Positions 13,101 through 22,849 of a stretch of DNA of 64,000 nt are shown one piece after another; position 1 is the stretch's first letter, and each line of letters opens with the position of its first letter. The position numbers were made by a program, and so were the translations under genes. The stretch spans positions 624,464,001 through 624,528,000 of the forward strand of contig NC_091284.1 of assembly GCF_032444005.1 (NCBI RefSeq). The letters run 5' to 3'. The notes under the pieces were generated by a model. That model saw only the letters and a program-made list of their open reading frames with translations, did not search any database and was not told where the DNA came from. This stretch comes from Ranitomeya imitator. Its lineage: Eukaryota.

Positions 13101-14355
13101 CAGTGGGTTGCTTTTGCCCTTGCCGGTCCCGAAGAGGCCTTGGACACATATTTCGATGGATTTCATTTCTGACCTTCCCGTTTCTCAAAAGATGTCTGTC
13201 ATTTGGGTGGTCTGTGATCGCTTTTCTAAAATGGTCCATCTGGTGCCCTTGGTTAAATTGCCTTCCTCCTCTGATTTGGTGCCTTTGTTCTTCCAGCATG
13301 TGGTTCGTTTACATGGCATTCCTGAGAATATTGTTTCTGACAGAGGTTCCCAGTTTGTCTCGAGGTTCTGGCGAGCCTTTTGTGGTAGGATGGGCATTGA
13401 CCTATCTTTTTCCTCGGCCTTCCATCCTCAGACTAATGGCCAGACCGAACGAACCAATCAGACCTTGGAAACATATCTGAGATGTTTTGTTTCCGCTGAC
13501 CAGGATGATTGGGTGTCATTTTTGCCGTTGGCTGAGTTCGCCCTTAATAATCGGGCCAGCTCGGCTACCTTGGTCTCTCCATTTTTCTGCAATTCTGGGT
13601 TCCATCCTCGTTTCTCTTCAGGACAGGTTGAGTCTTCGGACTGTCCTGGTGTGGATTATGTGGTGGACAGGTTGCAGCAGATCTGGACTCAGGTAGTGGA
13701 CAATTTGACCTTGTCCCAGGAGAAGGCTCAGCTTTTCGCTAATCGCAGACGCCGTGTGGGACCCCGACTTCGTGTTGGGGATCTGGTTTGGTTATCTTCT
13801 CGTCATATACCTATGAAGGTTTCCTCTCCTAAATTTAAACCTCGTTTTATTGGTCCGTATAGGATTTCTGAGATTCTCAATCCGGTGTCTTTTCGTCTGA
13901 CCCTCCCAGACTCCTTTTCCATACATAATGTATTCCATAGGTCGTTGTTGAGGAGATACGTGGCACCTATGGTTCCATCTGTGGAGCCTCCTGCCCCTGT
14001 TTTGGTGGAGGGGGAATTGGAGTATATTGTGGAGAAGATTTTGGATTCTCGTGTCTCTAGACGGAAACTCCAGTATCTGGTCAAATGGAAGGGTTATGCT
14101 CAGGAAGATAATTCCTGGGTTTTTGCCTCTGATGTCCATGCCCCAGATCTTGTTCGTGCCTTTCATGTGGCTCATCCTGGTCGGCCTGGGGGTTCTGGTG
14201 AGGGTTCGGTGACCCCTCCTCAAGGGGGGGGTACTGTTGTGAATTCTGTGGCTGAGTTCACTTCTGTGGTCACAAGTGGTATTGCAGTCTCTGGGCTTCC
14301 TCCCTCAGGTGTTTTGGTGAGCTCGTTGGCTGCCTTGCTATTTAGCTCCACCTGA
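10174..14355 (+). CDS. Gag-Pol polyprotein (Gag, CCHC knuckle, aspartic protease, RT, RNase H, integrase, chromodomain)
   Basis: CFYCGDSTHAISNC zinc knuckle; FVDSGA protease; RPCIDYR...YLDD RT; DAS...TDHKNL RNase H; H..GHPG..C..C and SDRGSQF integrase; EYIVEKILDSR...YLVKWKGY chromodomain. ATG 10174 (MDIQAL) is chosen as the likely start. The reading frame is open from 9874 and ends 121 nt inside the 3' LTR. Confidence 0.95.
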   Translation: MDIQALCSSMDNLVVNVQKIQDTIDQKSMLEPRIPIPDLFFGDRTKFLSFRNNCKLFLALKPHSSGNPIQQVLIIISFLRGDPQDWAFSLAPGDSALSNVDAFFQALGLLYDEPNSVDQAEKNLLALCQGQDDVEVYCQKFRKWSVLTLWNESALAALFRKGLSEALKDVMVGFPMPAGLNESMSLAIQIGRRLRERKSVHHLAVLSESKPEPMQCDRTMTKVERHEHRRLNRLCFYCGDSTHAISNCPKRTRRFDSSAVIGTVQSKFLLSITLMCSLSSYSVMAFVDSGAALNLMDLDYAKRCGFFLEPLRCPIPLRGIDATPLAKNKPQYWAQLTMCMAPAHQEVIRFLVLHGLHDVVVLGLPWLQTHNPVLDWNSMSVTSWGCQGVHGDVPFLSISSSIPSDIPEFLSDFQDVFEESKSDALPPHRNCDCAIDLIPGSKFPKGRLFNLSVPEHTAMRSYVKESLEKGHIRPSSSPLGAGFFFVAKKDGSLRPCIDYRLLNKITVKFQYPLPLISDLFARIKGASWFTKIDLRGAYNLVRIRQGDEWKTAFNTPEGHFEYLVMPFGLANAPSVFQSFMHDIFREYLDKFLIVYLDDILIFSDDWESHVKQVRMVFQVLRANSLFVKGSKCLFGVQKVSFLGFIFSPSTIEMDPVKVQAIQDWTQLTSLKSLQKFLGFANFYRRFICNFSSIARPLTDLTKKGADLVNWSSAAVEAFQELKRRFCCAPVLCQPDVSLPFQVEVDASEIGAGAVLSQRGSGCSVFKPCAFFSRKFSAAERNYDVGNRELLAMKWAFEEWRHWLEGAKHRVVVLTDHKNLTYLESAKRLNPRQARWSLFFARFDFVISYLPGSKNVKADALSRSFVPDSPGLSEPASILKEGVIVSAISPDLRRVLQKFQANKPDRCPAEKLFVPDRWTSKVISELHCSVLAGHPGIFGTRELVARSFWWPSLSRDVRAFVQSCGICARAKPCCSRASGLLLPLPVPKRPWTHISMDFISDLPVSQKMSVIWVVCDRFSKMVHLVPLVKLPSSSDLVPLFFQHVVRLHGIPENIVSDRGSQFVSRFWRAFCGRMGIDLSFSSAFHPQTNGQTERTNQTLETYLRCFVSADQDDWVSFLPLAEFALNNRASSATLVSPFFCNSGFHPRFSSGQVESSDCPGVDYVVDRLQQIWTQVVDNLTLSQEKAQLFANRRRRVGPRLRVGDLVWLSSRHIPMKVSSPKFKPRFIGPYRISEILNPVSFRLTLPDSFSIHNVFHRSLLRRYVAPMVPSVEPPAPVLVEGELEYIVEKILDSRVSRRKLQYLVKWKGYAQEDNSWVFASDVHAPDLVRAFHVAHPGRPGGSGEGSVTPPQGGGTVVNSVAEFTSVVTSGIAVSGLPPSGVLVSSLAALLFSST
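14222..14231 (+). promoter_or_regulatory. Polypurine tract of family 1 element
   Basis: AAGGGGGGGG, then TAC, then the 3' LTR TG at 14235. Confidence 0.85.
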
Positions 14356-14982
14356 GTCTGTCTTCCTTGCTCCTTGTCAATGTTCCAGTGTTGGATCTGA
14401 GCTACTGCATCTTTCCTTGGGCCTGCTGCTCTGCTAGATAAGTGCTTCTAGTTTGTTTTCTGTTTTTTCTGTCCAGCTTGTTATTATCTTTTGCTGGAAG
14501 CTCTGAGAAGCAAAGGGGTGCACCGCCGTGCTGTTAGTTCGGCACGGTGGGTCTTTTTGCCCCTTTGCGTGGTTTTCGTTTTAGGGTTTTTTGTAGACTG
14601 CATAGTTCTCTTTGCTATCCTCGCTCTGTCTAGAATATCGGGCCTCACTTTGCTGAATCTATTTCGTTCCTACATTTGTCTTTTCATCTTGCTAACAGTC
14701 ATTATATGTGGGGGCTGCCTATTCCTTTGGGGTATTTCTCTGAGGTAAGTCAGGCTTGTATTTCTATCTTCAGGCTAGTCAGCTCCTCAGGCAGTGCCGA
14801 GTTGCATAGGTAGTTGATAGGCGCAATCCACTGCTGCTTCCAGTTGTGTGAGGATAGATCAGGTACTGCAGTCTACAGAGATTCCACGTCTCAGAGCTCG
14901 TCCTATTGTTTTGGGTTATTGCCAGATCTCTGTATGTGCGCTGATTACTGCACGCTGTGTTGCCTGATTGCCAGCCATAACA
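14235..14982 (+). repeat. 3' LTR of family 1 element (748 bp)
   Basis: Direct repeat of 9295-10042. Confidence 0.97.
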
Positions 14983-14988
14983 GTCCAC

Positions 14989-15545
14989 GTAGTATATTGC
15001 ACAGGCCATGTAGTATATTGCCCAGTGACGTAGTATATTGGCCAGTCACGTAGCATATTGGCCAGTCACGTAGTATATTGCCCAGCCACGTAGTATATTG
15101 CCCGATCACGTAGTATATTGCCCAGCCACATAGTATATTGCCCAGTGACGTAGTATATTGCCCAGCCACATAGTATATAGCAGAGCCACATAGTACGGTA
15201 TATTGGCCAGTCATGTAGTATATTGCCCAGCCACAAAGTATATAGCAGAGCCACGTAGAATATTGCCCAGTCACGTAGTATATTGCACAGCCCACGTAGT
15301 ATATTGCCCAGCGACATAGTATATTGCCCAGCCACGTAGTATATTGCCCAGTCACGTAGTATATTGCCCAGCCACGTAGTATATTGCACAGCGACGGAGC
15401 ATATTGTCCAGCCACGTAGTATATTGCCCAGTAACATAGTATATTGCCCAGCCACGTAGTATATTGCCCAGGCACGTAGTATATTGCCCAGCCACATAGT
15501 ATATTGCCCAGCGACGGAGTATACAGCACAGAGCCACGTAGTATA
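14989..15545. repeat. Helitron-borne minisatellite, 20-bp unit GTAGTATATTGCCCAGCCAC (~27 units)
   Basis: Tandem units are visible directly, with variants (CCAGTCAC, CCAGTGAC, AGAGCCAC) and no unique spacers. Confidence 0.95.
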
Positions 15546-16757
15546 GAGACTTAAAAAAAATAAACATATACTCACCTTCCGAAGGCCCGTTGAAGTCCTG
15601 CTATACTCACCATCCGCTGCCTTTCCCGCTCCATTGCAAGCGGCAGCTTCCGGTCCCAGGGCTGGTATGAGCAGGACCTGTGATGACGTCGCGGTCACAT
15701 GACCGTGACATCATGGCAGATCCTTGTCGCACACCAGCCCTGGGACCGGAAGCTGCCACTTGCAACGGAGCAGTCACGGGAGCGTCATAAGGAGCAAGAA
15801 TGGCAGCGGATGGTGAGTATAGCAGGTTTTTTTTTTTTTTACTATTTTTAACATGACATATTTTTACTATTGATGCTGCATAGGCAGCATCAATAGTAAA
15901 TAGTTGGGAACACACAGGGTTAATAGCAGCGGTAACGGAGTGCATTACACGGCGGGCCATTACCGCTGCCATTAACCCTGTGTGAGCGGTGAGTGGAGGC
16001 GATTATGGAGTGGGCGCCAGGCAGTGAGTGCAAGGGAGTAAGGGAAGAACTAATGGGACTGTGCCTGTTGCTGATTGGTTGTGGCAGCCATGATAGGCAG
16101 CTGCCAAGACCAATTAGCGACGTGGGATTTCCGTTACGGAAGTTGAGGACAGACAGACAGAAGTACCCCTTAAGTACACCTTAGACAATTATATATATAT
16201 AGATACCATATTATAGCATACATTTTTTTCTTTCAAGCTCATTATGATTGTAGGATAAAAAATAACTTTGCTCAATATGTATCTATATAATTTTAAAAGC
16301 ATACATGGGCTCATAGATTTTAAGTAACCTAACATTCAGTATGAATGAGTCATAACTGATTAAGGGATTGTCCGGCTTTTCCATTTAAATTCTAAATTTC
16401 CACCCATCCCACACCATCCGCTTCCCTCAAAAAAGGTGATGATTATAATCATGTACTAATTCTGTGATGTTGTCTTTTCTGTGGAACATTGAATAGATTC
16501 TTATCAAAATCAGTGGAATTCCCACTGTTTATAATGGAAGTTTGTGTCTGCAGTTTCATCAGATAAAGAGTTCCTATTTTTTACAAAGAGGTGTCTCTTG
16601 CTTATTTTTTATCACGATATTGTCAGAAAAAAAGGGAGTTAATGGTATGTAAAACAAATTTAGAAAGGGGAAAACGATATTCACTGCGAATTGGACTAAT
16701 GAAAATTAGAATCTACTGAAATGGACAAATACATTATATAATATAATATCCAACATA

Positions 16758-18020
16758 CATTCAGTGGGAAAGTATTCCGACCCCTTTGAATTTTTCACTC
16801 TTTGTTTCATTGCAGCCATTTGGTAAATTCAAACAAGTTCTTTTTTCACATTAATGTACACTCTGCACCCTATCTTGACTGAAAACAAAACAGAAATGTA
16901 GAAACTTTTGCAAATTTAATAAAAAACAAAAACTGAAATATCACATGGTCATAAGTATTCATACCCTTTGCTCAGACACTCAGATTTAAGTCACATGCTG
17001 TCCATTTCCTTGTGATCCTCCTTGAAAAGGTTCTACTCCTTCATTGGAGTCCAGCTGTGTTTAATTAAGCTGATAAGACTTGATTTGGAAAGGCACACAC
17101 CTGTCTATATAAGACCTTACTTCTCACAGTGCATGTCAGACCAAATGAGAATCATGAAGTCACAGGAACTGGCCAAGGAGCTCAGAGACAGGATTGTGGC
17201 AAGACTCAGATCTGGCCAAGGTAACAACAGAATTTCTGCAGTACTCAAGGTTCCTAAGAGCACAGTTGTATCCATAATCCTTAAATGGGAGAAGTTTGGA
17301 ACAACCAGAAGTCCACCTAGACCTGGCTGTCCAGTCAAACTGAGCAATTGTGGGAGAAGAGCCTTGGTGAGAGAGGTAAAGAAAAAACCCAAGATCACTG
17401 TGGCTGAGCTCCAGAGAAGCAGTAGGGAGATGGGAGAAAGTTCCACAAAGTCAACTATCACTGCAGCCCTCCATCAGTCAGGACTTTATTGCAGAGTGGC
17501 CTCCCATATTATGAGGAAAAAGATTCTCTGGTCTGATGAGATGAAGATAGACCTTTTGGTGATAATTCTAAGTGGTATGTGGGGAGAAAACCAGGCACTG
17601 CTCATCACCTGCCCAATACAATGCCAACAATGAATCACGGTGGTGGCAGCATCATGCTATGGTGGTGTTTTGCATCTGCAGGGACAGGATGACTGGTTGT
17701 CATTGAAGGAAACATGAATGCCACCAAATACAGAGATATCCTGGAAGAAAACCTCTCCCAGATTGCCCTGGACCTCAGGCTTGGCCGAAAGTTCACGTTC
17801 CAACAAGACAATGACCTTAAGCACACAACTTAAATAACAAAGGAGTGGTTTCAGAACAACTTTGTGACCACTCTTGACTGGCCCAGCCAGAGCCTTGAAC
17901 TAAACTCAATTGAGCACCTCTGTAAAGACCTGAAAATGGCTGTCCACCAACGTTCACGGAACTGGAGAGGATCTGCAAGGAAGAATGGCAGAGGATCCCC
18001 AAATCCAGGCATGAAAAAGG
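16758..18020 (+). mobile_element. Decayed Tc1 (DD34E, IR/DR Sleeping Beauty-like) element, right end missing
   Basis: The left IR resembles the copy at 47250. Transposase remnants include MKSQELAKELRDRIVARLRSGQG, ILWSDE and QQDNDLKHT...WPSQSLELNSIE (34 residues between D and E after frame correction). Frameshifts and an internal deletion are present. Confidence 0.85.
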
Positions 18021-18570
18021 CACTTTTTGAAGGAACTTAAAAGGGAGCTTGTTCCAAACATGTTGGAGAATAAGCCACAAATCTGTGGTTATAGGCTTGT
18101 GCAAATCTATATGTTTCATCATGTAATTCCAGAAAGACTCAATGATGTTGAGATCAGGGCTCTGTAGAGACCATACCATCACTTCCAGGACTCCTTCTTG
18201 TCCTTGTGTTGAAATACTGATATTGGCTGTATCTATGCAATTGACATTGGGTGTATCTGTATATTTGGTCCCATTGTCCTGCTGCAGAATACATTTGGAG
18301 TACATTAGGTGCCTACGGGATGGTACTGCAAGATACCTGTATTTGACTGTATTTCTCAGCATTTGATATCTAATATAGTTTTGAATTCAAAGGGCTGTAA
18401 CACCAAATATTGATTTGATTTAGTTTTCTGTTGTGTGTATTCTCTTAGAAGTTTGTTAATTGATAAAATCACAATATTACAAATAATAACATAAACTGAG
18501 GACTTTTTTATGCATTCTTACTTTGCAGTATTTTTTTTCAGTCTTGTCTAAAACTGTTGCACAAAAGTTC
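18020..18570. mobile_element. Fragments of a second Tc1-like family (DD38E/Intruder-like): catalytic segment on minus strand, 3' end on plus strand
   Basis: The minus strand ~18030-18300 reads ILQQDNG...EGVLEVMVWSLQSPDLNIIESFWNYM. The plus strand ~18378-18568 reads VLNSKGCNTKY-stop, then a TIR-like CTAAAACTGTTGCACA. Family assignment is from motif recall only. Confidence 0.5.
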
Positions 18571-19775
18571 AAGCTGTAATAACATCAACAATAGTGTTGT
18601 AATATTATTTATTATTATATTTATAATTTATAATGATTGGTACATGACTTTTTTTAAAGATGCAACTAATTTAAAAAATGACTCCAACTGCTACTTTAAA
18701 ATTAAAATTAAATGTTTTGACAGCAAAAGGGCAAAATGTTAATTTTTTGTGACCCCAATGACTTTATTATCTCTCTTTATCACTAAACATTTTTTTATTT
18801 CAAGAATGTTGAGGATGAGCTGAAGACGCAAAAGGCAACAGTGCCAATATATTGATAGTTTTTAGCTATGTGGCATAGCTATACTTTGCAGTCATGTTGC
18901 TGTATTATATTTGGAATTCTACAGGTTTCTCAAAAGTCAGTCAATAAATTCTCAAAATGGCTAAACAAATAGGTATATATTTAGGCAATAATATTCAAAA
19001 TAAACCAGCTAGAGAAAAGTTCTGTAGAAGTAGAAACCATGAAAATATAAACAATATTTCCTATCGTAATATAGTGTCTGTTCCTTAAAACGTATTAGGA
19101 AAAAATAAAAACAGTATGCAATCACATTTTATCATGGATGGTCACAGTTCTCTTGCTCAGCTTAAATATTTGGAAATAGAAAATAGAAAATGTCATTTTG
19201 TGAAGAGCAGAAGATATATGTGGCACAAATTGATTTCACAAAGGGGGATTTTCAGCTATGAGTTATGGGAAAAAATGTGATATTTAGTTTTAAAAAATTG
19301 TTACACCATGGAACTATTGTAGTTTTGTTATTTGTTGTTTAAACCATTTCTTTAAAAAAAGGAAGAAAAAATTATTGAGAGGTTTGAGATATATATTTTT
19401 CACTTTAATAATGGCATTTGTATTTGTATTATAGATTTTGTGTGCTTTCCAAATGTTTAACAATAAATGCACTAATATTTAAAAAAAAAAATATTTCACA
19501 AAACTTTTTATCAGACTATGTAAAAATATCATATTTCAGCTACTGTCTAATGTAGAATTTTTCCTTTAAAAAACATTGCTTTTAGGGAAGAATATCTCCA
19601 TAAATTCACCATATGAAGGCACCGCACATTTGACTTGTATGGAGGTGCATAAATTGAATGCCTCTGTTAAAGGTAATTGATCTCATTTTAATTACCAAGT
19701 AAGAAAGGGTTTATGGTGGTTAAAGCTCAATATTTCTTACATGCCTGCATATTGCCACAAGCAGTAAAACAATGA

Positions 19776-19897
19776 GGTTATGTTCACATGTCTGTGATTC
19801 ATTTCCGTTTGTACCATTTAAATCAGAAAAAATGAACATACAAATGAAAATCAAAAACAAACACACAGAAAAAATAAACAGACGTGTGAACAGAGCC
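19776..19897. mobile_element. Short decayed PIF/Harbinger-like MITE
   Basis: Imperfect TIRs GGTTATGTTCACA / TGTGAACAGAGCC followed by TAA. Confidence 0.35.
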
Positions 19898-20029
19898 TAA
19901 AGACAGACATACACATTGGTTGGCTACTGGCCAAATGATGCTTCAGATGATCGTTCATCCGATAACCATCTATACTCTGTGTATTAGTCTCTAATACACA
20001 GGAATGCTTGTTCGGCTGAAATATACAGC

Positions 20030-20240
20030 ATAATGCATCCTATGTGATGTATACAGCAGAGCAATCTCAGTGTCTCCTATGGGATGCATATACAGGAGTC
20101 TCATTGTATCCTAGGTGTGATATATATTCAGAAATATCAGTGTATGCTATGTGATGAATAAAGAAGTCTCAGTGTATGATATGAGGTGTATACAGCAGTT
20201 TCTCGGTGTATCCTATTTGATGTATACAGCAGTTTCATTG
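20030..20240. repeat. Degenerate minisatellite (CAGTGTATCCTATGTGATGTATACAGCAG-like units)
   Basis: Repeated CAGTGT.TCCTA.GTGATGTATA motifs. Confidence 0.5.
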
Positions 20241-20338
20241 AATCATATGTAGATGAGTGGAAATATGGATCTGATGCCTTGCTGACAATGTTCCACCAAG
20301 TGATGAGAGGAAAATAAAGTGTCTTTAAAAGTGGTCAT

Positions 20339-20816
20339 TAGGCTTGAGCGAAACGGATCGGACAAATTCAAAAGTCGCCGACTTTTGGCAAAGTCAGGTT
20401 TCATGAAACCCGACCCGACCCTAGTGTGGAATCGGCCATGCGGTCGGCGATCTTCACGCCAAAGTCGCGTTTCGTATGATGCGTTTGGCGCCATTTTTTC
20501 AGCCAATGAAGGAACGTGGGCAGAGTGATGACATAGGTCTTAGGGGCGTGGACGCCTATCGCCATCTTGTCGCTTGTGCGCTGTAGCGATTTGCAATGTG
20601 TAACATCAGCTTTTCTGTTCAGGGACGGAGGGGAGGGAGAGAGAGAGAGAGAAAAAAAAAGATAGATATCCTATTGACTTTGCATTGGGTTTCGTGTTTC
20701 GGTCGATCCCCGACTTTTCGCCATAATCGACCGATTTCACTCGACTCGACTTTTGAGATAGTCGGGTTTCGCGAAACCCGACTCGACCCTAAAAAAGTAA
20801 AAGTCGCTCAACCCTA
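20339..20816. mobile_element. Non-autonomous hAT element, 478 bp
   Basis: 8-bp TSD GTGGTCAT (20331-20338, 20817-20824). TIR TAGGCTTGAGCGA / TCGCTCAACCCTA. Confidence 0.9.
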
Positions 20817-20969
20817 GTGGTCATCATTAGTCAACACGTTTTGAAGCATAAAACACTTCATCATGACAAGCACTTTGCTAAAGTACATCATACAAAGAGC
20901 CGGTATAAGTTTTCCCACCTTGACATGTATTGAAATATGCATCTGTGCTAAAAATAACTGACTGCTGGG

Positions 20970-21869
20970 CTCAGTTTTTTTCAAAACTTAAAAAATGACG
21001 CCATTTTCAGAGACCTGTAGCGTCTCCATTTTTTGTGATCTGGGGCTGGGAGAGGGCTTACTTTTTGAGTGCTGAGCTCACATTTTTATTGATGCAATTT
21101 TGGTGTAGCTACAATGTTTCTATAGCCCGTTATTCCATTTTATTGTAATGTAGCAGTGACTAAAAAAAACATAATTCTCGCACTTTTAATTTTTTTCACA
21201 TTATGTCATTTAGAATTCTGGTTAATTCTTTTTTTATGTTGATAGATTGGGTGATTCTGAAAGCGGCAATACCAAATATGTGCACATTTGATTTTTTTAT
21301 TGTTTCATTTTGAGTTGGGCGAAATGGGGGTGATTTGAACTTTTATATTTTTTTATATTTTTGAAAACATTTTTCATTTACTTTTTGAATGCTTCAATAG
21401 TCTCCATGGAAAAATAGCAGCTGCAGTATTTTGATCGCCTCTGCTACACTCAGGTGATGATCAGATCGCCTGTATGTAGCAGAAATGCTCATTTACTATG
21501 AGCGCCAAGAATGCGGTGGCATTCATAGCAATCTGGCAGTGACATCCACAAAGGTCAGCTGCAGACCACTGGTTGTCATGCCGAACCATCAATGACCCAC
21601 GATCATTTGACAGGGTCAATGATGGGTGGAGACAGTTTCGTTCTTCCAGTGAGCACGAGTTAAATGCCGCTGTCAGAGATTGACAGCAGCATTAAACTAG
21701 TTAACAGCTGCAGGTGGATCACAATTCCACCTGCAGCTGTTGCTGGCATTTGTCAGCTGTATAGATCTGCTCTCGTGTGCCCGGAAAGGTGCTGGCTCAT
21801 CGCCGGATCTGGCATCAAACAGGGTGATTCCGACATGTGTAAATTATTACGGCACATGTCAGAAAGGAG
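20970..21869. mobile_element. piggyBac-type non-autonomous element, right-end fragment
   Basis: Colinear with the right part of 45549-46761. Ends AAAGGAG then TTAA (21870-21873). Left boundary is approximate. Confidence 0.65.
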
Positions 21870-21959
21870 TTAAGTAAGCAGACAGCAAAAATAGATATCA
21901 GACAAAATATATAGTTTAAGAAATGAGAAGCTCTAAATATTTTTTTGTGTTGTCTAGAT

Positions 21960-22130
21960 CAGATTGTCTTAACTCCAGGCCTCAAGGACTCCCAACAGGT
22001 CATGTTTTTAGGGTTTCTTTTGGTATTGCACAGCTGAGGTTATTATTATCAGGCCATAAGAAATTGTCACTGGCTCTCTCTATTGCATTTTCTATTGGGA
22101 GAACTTAAGAACTGGAATTGAGAAACATTG
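21960..22130. mobile_element. Decayed hAT MITE related to 8889-9073
   Basis: TSD GTCTAGAT / GTCTAGAA. Shares CCAACAGGTCATGTTTT with the 8889 copy. Confidence 0.7.
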
Positions 22131-22849
22131 GTCTAGAACTCTAGATCATAGTTTTGCATATCTAATCCAGAATTTTTGCCCACTTTGAAACACAAAAAAA
22201 AAGCTTGAAATATGCAAATAATCATAATGTGCTAGGTTGTGTCATCTACAGAAAGTAGTCATTGGGAGTACGCATAAACAACATTTATCATCTTTTCACA
22301 GGTTAATAAATGCATGATTGCTGTGACATCCAATGAAAGCAAAAGTAGAATGTCACCATAACTCCGATAATTGCCTATGGACTGTTTGGAAAAATGATCC
22401 TTCTTTTCAGTTACATTTGTCAGTCTCTTATTGCATGGGGCGGTGGTTGCAAATGTTGTTTCACAGATGGAAAAATAATAATATTTTCCACATCATATCC
22501 TAGGCTACTCATAATGTAAGTTAAAAGCATTCTTTCATGTACTTTATTTCCATTAAATTGACTGCCAGATCACCTATGTAGGCTGGAACTGCCAGGCCTA
22601 GAAAGAATTAGATTACAATTTCAAATCAAGAGATATTTTGCCTTGTAAATGTGGATGAAAAGATGAAAATACCATAATAATATTATAAAAATAAAATTAT
22701 AAAAGCAAAACAAACACAACTAAAGTCAAGGAAAAGGGTCAGCTTTTATTGTAGTGGCTAATAAACAATGGGATCTGTATATTGAGAAAAAATTATACTG
22801 TGGCACTAAATTGACTAAAGGTAACCCAAAAAATGAAAAAGGTGTCCAC

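Larger units (their letters stand above)
9295..14982 (+). mobile_element. Full-length Ty3/Gypsy chromovirus LTR retrotransposon, family 1 (Tf1/sushi-like), apparently intact
   Basis: Two 748-bp TG...CA LTRs, a single uninterrupted gag-pol-chromodomain ORF, a PPT at 14222-14231, and flanking GTCCAC duplicated (9289-9294, 14983-14988). Confidence 0.97.
9241..16203 (-). mobile_element. Non-autonomous Helitron (~1.27 kb once the nested LTR element is removed)
   Basis: On the minus strand the 5' end is TC (16203-16202) preceded by A and the 3' end is CTAG (9244-9241) followed by T, an A|T target with no TSD. Subterminal hairpin CCCGAT-N8-ATCGGG at 9252-9271. The body carries a 20-bp minisatellite and an internal palindrome (~15596-15827). 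Confidence 0.8.

Noticed and set aside
10636-14223. Numerous antisense and alternate-frame ORFs overlapping the pol genes (also 30782-34674, 53293-54031)
   Set aside because: These are shadow ORFs of long coding sequences with no independent motifs.
10174-14355. Domesticated sushi-derived gene (PEG10/RTL1-like) call for the gag-pol ORFs
   Set aside because: Paired near-identical LTRs, PPT and TSDs show they are mobile elements, so no gene symbol is assigned.
14983-14988. Reading the right junction as a 4-bp TSD plus a retained unprocessed GT dinucleotide
   Set aside because: It cannot be excluded from one site. However, the pre-insertion target also carries GT at both family 1 insertions, so a 6-bp duplication is more parsimonious. 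This is kept as the refutation test of the TSD finding.
14989-15545. CRISPR-like look of the regular 20-bp repeats
   Set aside because: The units are directly adjacent with no unique spacers, there are no cas genes, and the context is eukaryotic. It is a minisatellite.
14945-15698. Long repetitive ORFs (194 aa, 210 aa) on the minus strand
   Set aside because: They are translations of the tandem repeat and lack any domain signature.
22842-22849. hAT TSD GTGTCCAC contains the same GTCCAC hexamer as the LTR element TSD
   Set aside because: The enzymes are unrelated and this is a single occurrence; it is treated as coincidence.
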